Positions 58,661 through 64,000 of a stretch of 64,000 bases of DNA are shown here, one piece after another. The notes beneath the pieces were generated by a model, which had not been told where the DNA came from, did no database searches, and saw only the letters and a program-made list of their open reading frames with translations. The translations under genes and the position numbers were made by a program. The first letter of the stretch is position 1. Each line of letters begins with the position of its first letter. This DNA is from an uncultured Ignavibacteria bacterium (lineage in GTDB: Bacteria > Zixibacteria > MSB-5A5 > CAIYYT01). The stretch spans positions 3,956 to 67,955 of the forward strand of contig CAZTYE010000013.1 of NCBI GenBank assembly GCA_964617645.1, given 5' to 3'.

Positions 58661-58751
58661 AGTGGCCAGTCCTCATTGAAGTCTTACACGCTAACTGTCG
58701 GAATCGACCGGTCAGCGTTCGCAAGAATCGGGTAATCAAGTTGTGGCGGGA

Positions 58752-58780
58752 AATTTACCGGAAGTGCGCAGCGGAGTCAA
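58752..58780 (-). promoter_or_regulatory. Sigma70-type promoter of the PAAR cassette
   Basis: Minus strand TTGACT-N17-TAAATT, about 90 nt upstream of the PAAR ATG. Confidence 0.55.
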
Positions 58781-58797
58781 TAATCAAACCGCAGTGG

Positions 58798-59430
58798 CTA
58801 CGGTTTGTACTTTTCAAGATTGGCGCCGCAAAGCGGGCAACTGCGGCGATCTTTCTGCTGCAGCCACTCATGGCCGGATCGGCAGCGCAGAATCGCCGTG
58901 TCGGGATCGATATAGTTGGTGTCCCAATCGGCAAGTACGGTGAATTTAAGATTGCCCTCGCTGATCCGCAGCGCCAGAGTCAGCGGGTCGATCTTCTTGA
59001 CCATGTCGCCTTCGCAATCGAGACGAACCTCGAATTCTTCCTGGTGCACCTGCTTCTCGATCTTGCGCAGGTTATTGCGTTCGACCACCCTGGATTCGAG
59101 CAGGGCGATATTGTCGTGCTTGATCCCCATAAAGCGCAAAGAGCTTTCGGTTGTGATGCTATCAACGGTGAGCCGCCATTGAGCCATGACGATGTTGGGG
59201 CGGGCGGTCATTTCGACGCCGCCCTCGTAGCGCTTGCCAATGACAATCCGCTCAGCGGCTTCGCCGACATGAACGAATCCCAAGAACGAAAATCCGACGG
59301 CAATGATTGCGGCAATGGTCTTACGCACGAAGTTCACCAACACTTCCTTGACGGGCGCCTCCCTATACCATTGTCGGTCTAACGTGGTCGACATCGCTGC
59401 AATATAGCAAAGTTCGAACGAATCGCGCAT
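58798..59430 (-). CDS. Hypothetical exported protein with a C-terminal zinc-ribbon-like motif (start uncertain)
   Basis: Hydrophobic segment TIAAIIAVGFSFLGF; tail CRSGHEW...CPLCG. Confidence 0.55.
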   Translation of the reverse strand: MRDSFELCYIAAMSTTLDRQWYREAPVKEVLVNFVRKTIAAIIAVGFSFLGFVHVGEAAERIVIGKRYEGGVEMTARPNIVMAQWRLTVDSITTESSLRFMGIKHDNIALLESRVVERNNLRKIEKQVHQEEFEVRLDCEGDMVKKIDPLTLALRISEGNLKFTVLADWDTNYIDPDTAILRCRSGHEWLQQKDRRSCPLCGANLEKYKP

Positions 59431-59703
59431 GCCCTGAACAGGAGAGGTTTGGACTTACACAGAATCTCCGATTTGTGCGCAGGCACCACTGCTTAGGCGC
59501 GCAATGCAGGATTGAAGCGGGAAGGCGTCATAAGAATGCACCAGACATTTCCGAACGTCAGCCAATAAATCGCGACGAGTCGGACGCCGGCCGATGCTTT
59601 TGAGAGGAACCGAACAGCGTCGATTGGCCAGCGACCTAAGAGTATTGGCGCCGCCCGATAGTTTTCGCAAAAATCGTCGCTGTTCAGAAAAGGTGTCCGG
59701 TTT

Positions 59704-59751
59704 TGAAACATGTTTCATTGTTGTAATTGCCTGAACAACAACAGATTACAA
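59704..59751. promoter_or_regulatory. Palindromic operator-like sequences in a divergent intergenic region
   Basis: Perfect 14-bp palindrome TGAAACATGTTTCA (59704-59717) and TTGTAAT...ATTACAA inverted repeat (59721-59751). Confidence 0.4.
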
Positions 59752-59875
59752 ATATGCGCCTCGATTGTACGCTCAGAAGTCAGAATTGGCAACGACCTTG
59801 CAATTACTCACCGCAGTTATGAATCGCTGGATATCAACAGGGCACTCCACAGAAGGTGCCGGTAAGGAGGAAAGC

Positions 59876-60109
59876 GTGAAGAAGGTGAGAAGCTCAAAGT
59901 GGTACCGCGTCGTCTTGGCGGCGATGCTGGTCGCGGCGGTAATGATGTTCGTTGGCTGTTCGAGCAACAAGATCGCTGACAATAATGATGACAAACTGCT
60001 GATCGAAGAGAACGACGAGTTTGCCCGTCCGCCGGCAACTTCCGGTAGCGCCGATGTCGCTCCGGCGCCGGGTGGCGACGATGTAAGCGGCAAGCCGTCC
60101 GAGAAGTAG
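59876..60109 (+). CDS. Small acidic lipoprotein (77 aa)
   Basis: AAGGAGG RBS, GTG start, basic N-region, lipobox FVG-C, low-complexity tail. Confidence 0.7.
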   Translation: MKKVRSSKWYRVVLAAMLVAAVMMFVGCSSNKIADNNDDKLLIEENDEFARPPATSGSADVAPAPGGDDVSGKPSEK

Positions 60110-60201
60110 AATCCGTTTCCGCGGCCGGCATCAGCAAGGTTGCCGGCCGCCCGTTTCGCTTGTTCGTTGACTTCCCTGAGCAGGAGGTTATCAGAGTAGT
60201 A

Positions 60202-60238
60202 CACAAGGCTCCGGTGGATCGTCGGAGCCTTGTGCTTT
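60202..60238. terminator. Hairpin terminator between convergent genes
   Basis: CACAAGGCTCCG...CGGAGCCTTGTG, perfect 12-bp stem followed by CTTT. Confidence 0.7.
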
Positions 60239-60323
60239 CATCGCTCTTCGGTTCGCAAGCTGGTAACAGGTTTCCTCAAGCCCACTATGCCGGTGGGACA
60301 CAGAGCTAACCTTCTGAACGAAA

Positions 60324-61283
60324 TCAGCGGGAGATTAGGCGCGCGGCAAGCGGATGGCTGCGGTCGTTGAAACCAATCGCCTTAGCTTCGCGGATATCGT
60401 GGGCCAGAGCTACTGAAGGGCGGGCATCAGCCAGTCCGAAACCGTTGCCGGAGAGAATATCGCGATAGACGACCGTATGTAAGTCGGTAAAGCCCTCCGA
60501 AAATTCGATTTCCGAGCCGTCGATGGTGATTGACCGAAAGGTGCGCTGCCCTTTGGTGGCGACTTCAGCCGGCAAGTCGTTCTTGTCGATCGACAAAAAC
60601 CAGCGGACGATCGCATTCTTAAGCTCGATGAATCCCGCCGCCTTCCAATTAGAAGCGTGATGCACTTCAGATTTTTGCACATCCCCGAATAGCCAGATGA
60701 GCAGGTCAAAGAAGTGAATGCCGATGTTCGTCACTAACCCGCCCGACCGGTCGATCTGACCTTTCCATGATACCAAGTACCAGCCGCCGCGAGATGTGAT
60801 ATAAGTCAGATCGATCTGGCGTTTGCGGTCGGCAGGAGTCTTCATGATCTCCGCCTTGAGCGCAACCAATGATGGGTGGACGCGAAGCTGAAGCACAGTG
60901 AAGACCCGATTTCCCGTCTCCTGCTCGATCTCTTGTAGCGCGTCGATGTTCCAAGGGTTGAGTACGACCGGTTTCTCGCAGATGGCGTCGGCGCCGACGC
61001 GCAGCGCGAAGCGCACATGGGCGTCATGAAGATAATTCGGCGAGCAAATCGTCACCCAGTCGACGCGCTTGTCATCGCCCGAGCGCCGCAGTTTTTCGAC
61101 ATGGCGGTCGAAGCGTTCGAACTCCGTGAAGAACTTGCAATCGTCGAAGTAACTGTCGAGGATGCCGACGGAATCGCTGGGGTCAACCGCCGCGACAAGG
61201 CGATTGCCGGTATCTTTGATGGCACGAAGATGGCGCGGGGCAATATAGCCGCCGACGCCGGTCATGGCAAAGTTCAGGGGCAT
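60324..61283 (-). CDS. wbpB: Gfo/Idh/MocA oxidoreductase, UDP-GlcNAcA 3-dehydrogenase (WbpB/WlbA-like)
   Basis: GVGGYIAPRHL.AIKDTG, DSVGILDSYF, SPNYLHDAH, ICEKP, TNIGIHFFD and EFSEGFTDLH. Confidence 0.85.
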   Translation of the reverse strand: MPLNFAMTGVGGYIAPRHLRAIKDTGNRLVAAVDPSDSVGILDSYFDDCKFFTEFERFDRHVEKLRRSGDDKRVDWVTICSPNYLHDAHVRFALRVGADAICEKPVVLNPWNIDALQEIEQETGNRVFTVLQLRVHPSLVALKAEIMKTPADRKRQIDLTYITSRGGWYLVSWKGQIDRSGGLVTNIGIHFFDLLIWLFGDVQKSEVHHASNWKAAGFIELKNAIVRWFLSIDKNDLPAEVATKGQRTFRSITIDGSEIEFSEGFTDLHTVVYRDILSGNGFGLADARPSVALAHDIREAKAIGFNDRSHPLAARLISR

Positions 61284-61354
61284 GAACAGAAGCCTCGGTG
61301 CGAAACGAACCCGATCATCGGCATAATCATATCAAAATCTCCGCGGCGGTCAAT

Positions 61355-62590
61355 CTAATACTCCATCCAGTTGCGTTCGACGTTGGCGATGATGCCAATG
61401 AGCATCCAACTGACGAGAAGCGACGAACCGCCGTAACTGACGAATGGCAGCGGTACGCCGGCCACCGGCAGAATGCCGACCACCATACCGATATTGACGA
61501 ACATCTGAAAGGCGAGCGCCGCCGTGGCGCCGACGACAATCAGTTGCATAAAGTCCGAACGCGCCTTCATGGCGGTCATCACGCCGCGCGCAAAAAGAAA
61601 CGCGAACAGGCCGATGATTATCATCGCCCCCAGCATGCCGAATTCCTCCGCGCCGACCGAGAAGATGAAATCGGTGTGCCGCAGCGGCAAATAGTCGAGC
61701 TTGTTCTGGCTCCCCGACATGTAGCCCTTGCCCAACAGTCCGCCCGAGCCGATTGCGACCTTCGATTGAATAATCTGATAACCGGCGCCCAGCGGATCTT
61801 GTCCGGGATCGAGGAAGATCTTGATGCGCATCTGCTGGTAGTCATGCAATTGGTTCCAGGCGATCGAACTCCCGGCGCCGACGATGAGATTCAGCGTTAC
61901 CAGCAGGATAGTAAACGCCGGCGAACGGCGGACAATGATGATCGCCGCGACAATCAAGAGCGCGAAAAATACGATCCACGCCCACATGCTCGAGGAGGCG
62001 ATCATGCTGATCAGCGGCGTGAAAAACAACAAGAGGTACCGCGCCGGTAATCCGGCCCAGAACATCATAGCCGAGAACACGACAGTGAAGATCATCGCCG
62101 ATCCGAGGTCGGGCTGACGCAGCACCAAGAATGTGATGAAGCCGCACATCAAGCAGGCGGTGATAATCTTGCGCAGACTCGATATCGGGCGGCGGCTGTA
62201 ACTCAAATAGCGGGCGAGCGCAAAAATGAAGGCGACCTTGGCGACTTCGGAAGGTTGGAAACTGAAGAAACCGAGATGATACCAGCGCGTCGCGCCGAAC
62301 ATTGATGCGCCGGCGACGATCAAACCCAAGAGCAGGACACAGGCGACGGCGTAATAGACATAGGCGAACGCCTCATGGAATCGCAGCGGGATTTTCATCG
62401 CCGCGACAAAAATGACGATCCCGAGGAACAGCCAAATGACCTGCTTGATCCAGTCATCGGCTAAGCGCGGGTCGCTGGCGACATGATTGGCCGAGTACAC
62501 CAGCACGACGGAGATCACCGTCAACAGCAGGGCGGCCAAAAAGATGGTGAGGCTGCCTCTATTGAATAGATCGAGGCTGATATTCTTCAA
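61355..62590 (-). CDS. rodA: Rod shape-determining protein RodA (probable TTG start at 62590)
   Basis: GATRW..LG.FSFQPSE.AK, QPDLGSA, AGYQIIQSK.AIGSGG, HTDFIF and LPFVSYGGSS; directly downstream of mrdA. Confidence 0.93.
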   Translation of the reverse strand: MKNISLDLFNRGSLTIFLAALLLTVISVVLVYSANHVASDPRLADDWIKQVIWLFLGIVIFVAAMKIPLRFHEAFAYVYYAVACVLLLGLIVAGASMFGATRWYHLGFFSFQPSEVAKVAFIFALARYLSYSRRPISSLRKIITACLMCGFITFLVLRQPDLGSAMIFTVVFSAMMFWAGLPARYLLLFFTPLISMIASSSMWAWIVFFALLIVAAIIIVRRSPAFTILLVTLNLIVGAGSSIAWNQLHDYQQMRIKIFLDPGQDPLGAGYQIIQSKVAIGSGGLLGKGYMSGSQNKLDYLPLRHTDFIFSVGAEEFGMLGAMIIIGLFAFLFARGVMTAMKARSDFMQLIVVGATAALAFQMFVNIGMVVGILPVAGVPLPFVSYGGSSLLVSWMLIGIIANVERNWMEY

Positions 62591-64000
62591 AGTAAACCAA
62601 ATCCTCGAAACGGGCCGGCGCCGGCGGCGCCAAGAATCCACGCTTCTGTAACTGGCGAACGAATACTTCCCGGACAATCGGAGCCGCCGCAACGGAACCA
62701 TGACCAGCCTGCTCGACGATTACGCATCCGCAGATAACCGGATCATCGTAAGGCACGAAGCCGCAAAACCAGGCATGCTCGTTGCCGTGGGGATTTTGCG
62801 CCGTTCCGGTCTTGCCGCCCATCGGAATTCCGGGGATTCGCGTGCGCGTCGCCGTCCCGGCGCCGCCTTCAACGACCCGGCGGGCGCCTTCGCGGATAAT
62901 CGCCAGTGTGCGCTGCGAGAACGGAAGCTGGCGCACGACCTCCGGTTGGGTCATTGTGATTTCGCCATTCGGCGACTTGATATAGCGGGTCAGATGAGGC
63001 TTCATCACGATCCCGTTGTTCGCGACGCCGGCGTAGAATTGCGCCAAACCCAACGGCGTGGTGAGCACTTCCCCCTGACCGATCCCCAGGTTAAGGAGCA
63101 CAGCCTTTGTCCACCCGCTCTTGCCGAAGACGCGGTTGTACCACGCTTCATCGGGAAACGAACTGGGTTTTTCGGCGGGAATGTCGATACCGGTGACTTC
63201 GCCGAAACCGCAAGCATGCGCATATTTGCTAAAATTGTCGAGGCCGAGCTTCAGGCCAACCTGATAGAAATAGGTGTCGCAAGAGACCTCAATGGCGCCA
63301 TAGACATCCTGGCTGCCGTGACCGGATTTCTTGTGGCACTTGAAAAAGCGATTGCCAAACTGGAAGCCGCCATAGCACGGGCGAAAGTGCGAATGGGGTT
63401 CGATAAGGCCCAGCTCGAGCGCTGCGCCCGCCGTGACGAGCTTCCAGGTCGATCCCGGCGGGTAGAGACCGCGAATCGTGCGATCGAGCAGCGGTTTGCG
63501 CTCGTCGGTTGACAGCCTCTGATATTCGTCACGCGGCACGAAACCGGAAAAGAGGTTGGCGTCGTAATTGGGCTTTGATACCATTGCGAGGACCTCGCCG
63601 GTCTTGGGGTCGAGGAAAACCCCGGCTCCGGCGAGCGAGTCAGCGAACAGCGAATCGCAGAGCAATTGCAGGTCGAGATCGAGAGAAAGCCCCAGTTCGC
63701 TTCCGGGTACCGGATCTTTGTTCGGGCGCGACTCGAGCGCACCGAGAATACGTCCCGATGCCGTGACCTCCAGATAGTCGACGCCATCGATGCCGCGCAA
63801 CGGCTGATCATAGGTCTTCTCGACGCCGGCGCGACCGATCATCGATCCGATACGATATTGCAGCTTGGTCTCGGCCTCGTTGACTTCACCGGTGTAGCCG
63901 AGAAGATGCGCTGCGACCTGACCGTAGGGATAGACTCGAGCGTGATCGAGCTGGTACATGACGCCGGGAAAGAGTTCGTTGGACTCCTCAATCACGCAAA
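62559..64000 (-). CDS. mrdA: Penicillin-binding protein 2, 5'-truncated by the window edge
   Basis: RVYPYG, YPPGSTWK, SCD.YFY and GKTGTAQNPHG..HAWF; upstream of rodA. Confidence 0.93.
   Translation of the reverse strand, partial: CVIEESNELFPGVMYQLDHARVYPYGQVAAHLLGYTGEVNEAETKLQYRIGSMIGRAGVEKTYDQPLRGIDGVDYLEVTASGRILGALESRPNKDPVPGSELGLSLDLDLQLLCDSLFADSLAGAGVFLDPKTGEVLAMVSKPNYDANLFSGFVPRDEYQRLSTDERKPLLDRTIRGLYPPGSTWKLVTAGAALELGLIEPHSHFRPCYGGFQFGNRFFKCHKKSGHGSQDVYGAIEVSCDTYFYQVGLKLGLDNFSKYAHACGFGEVTGIDIPAEKPSSFPDEAWYNRVFGKSGWTKAVLLNLGIGQGEVLTTPLGLAQFYAGVANNGIVMKPHLTRYIKSPNGEITMTQPEVVRQLPFSQRTLAIIREGARRVVEGGAGTATRTRIPGIPMGGKTGTAQNPHGNEHAWFCGFVPYDDPVICGCVIVEQAGHGSVAAAPIVREVFVRQLQKRGFLAPPAPARFEDLVYFEEYQPRSIQ

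Overview
GC-rich bacterial window, probably from an FCB-group organism. Dockerin-like C-terminal tags plus a T9SS/FlgD-Ig-type tail are most consistent with candidate Zixibacteria (inference). No rRNA, tRNA, CRISPR array or transposase was recognised. In order: DUF2905 and ICMT-like genes; alpha-2-macroglobulin with PBP1C; an OmpR-type two-component pair; a REP-like tandem repeat; a coupled POTRA-less Omp85 / kinase-like lipoprotein / PAP2 trio; a signalling operon with a split Npt-HEAT gene; a TonB receptor with a duplicated dockerin-tagged partner; a HybAB/HmcBC-like module with a 13-CxxCH cytochrome and no hydrogenase; an LVIVD protein and a frameshifted S8 protease. The main signal is at 37.9-52.3 kb: an extracellular electron transfer cluster with a 42-CxxCH cytochrome, a beta-barrel, two CsgG/PelC-like lipoproteins, two NHL proteins and three OmcS-like cytochromes that keep the OmcS N-terminal Cys/His spacing. 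Five Rex-type operators (TTGTGAA-N4-TTCACAA, one perfect) link this cluster to the HybAB-like operon. The window ends with an orphan PAAR/metallopeptidase cassette, wbpB, rodA and partial mrdA. Family calls come from motifs read by eye; no database searches were run.
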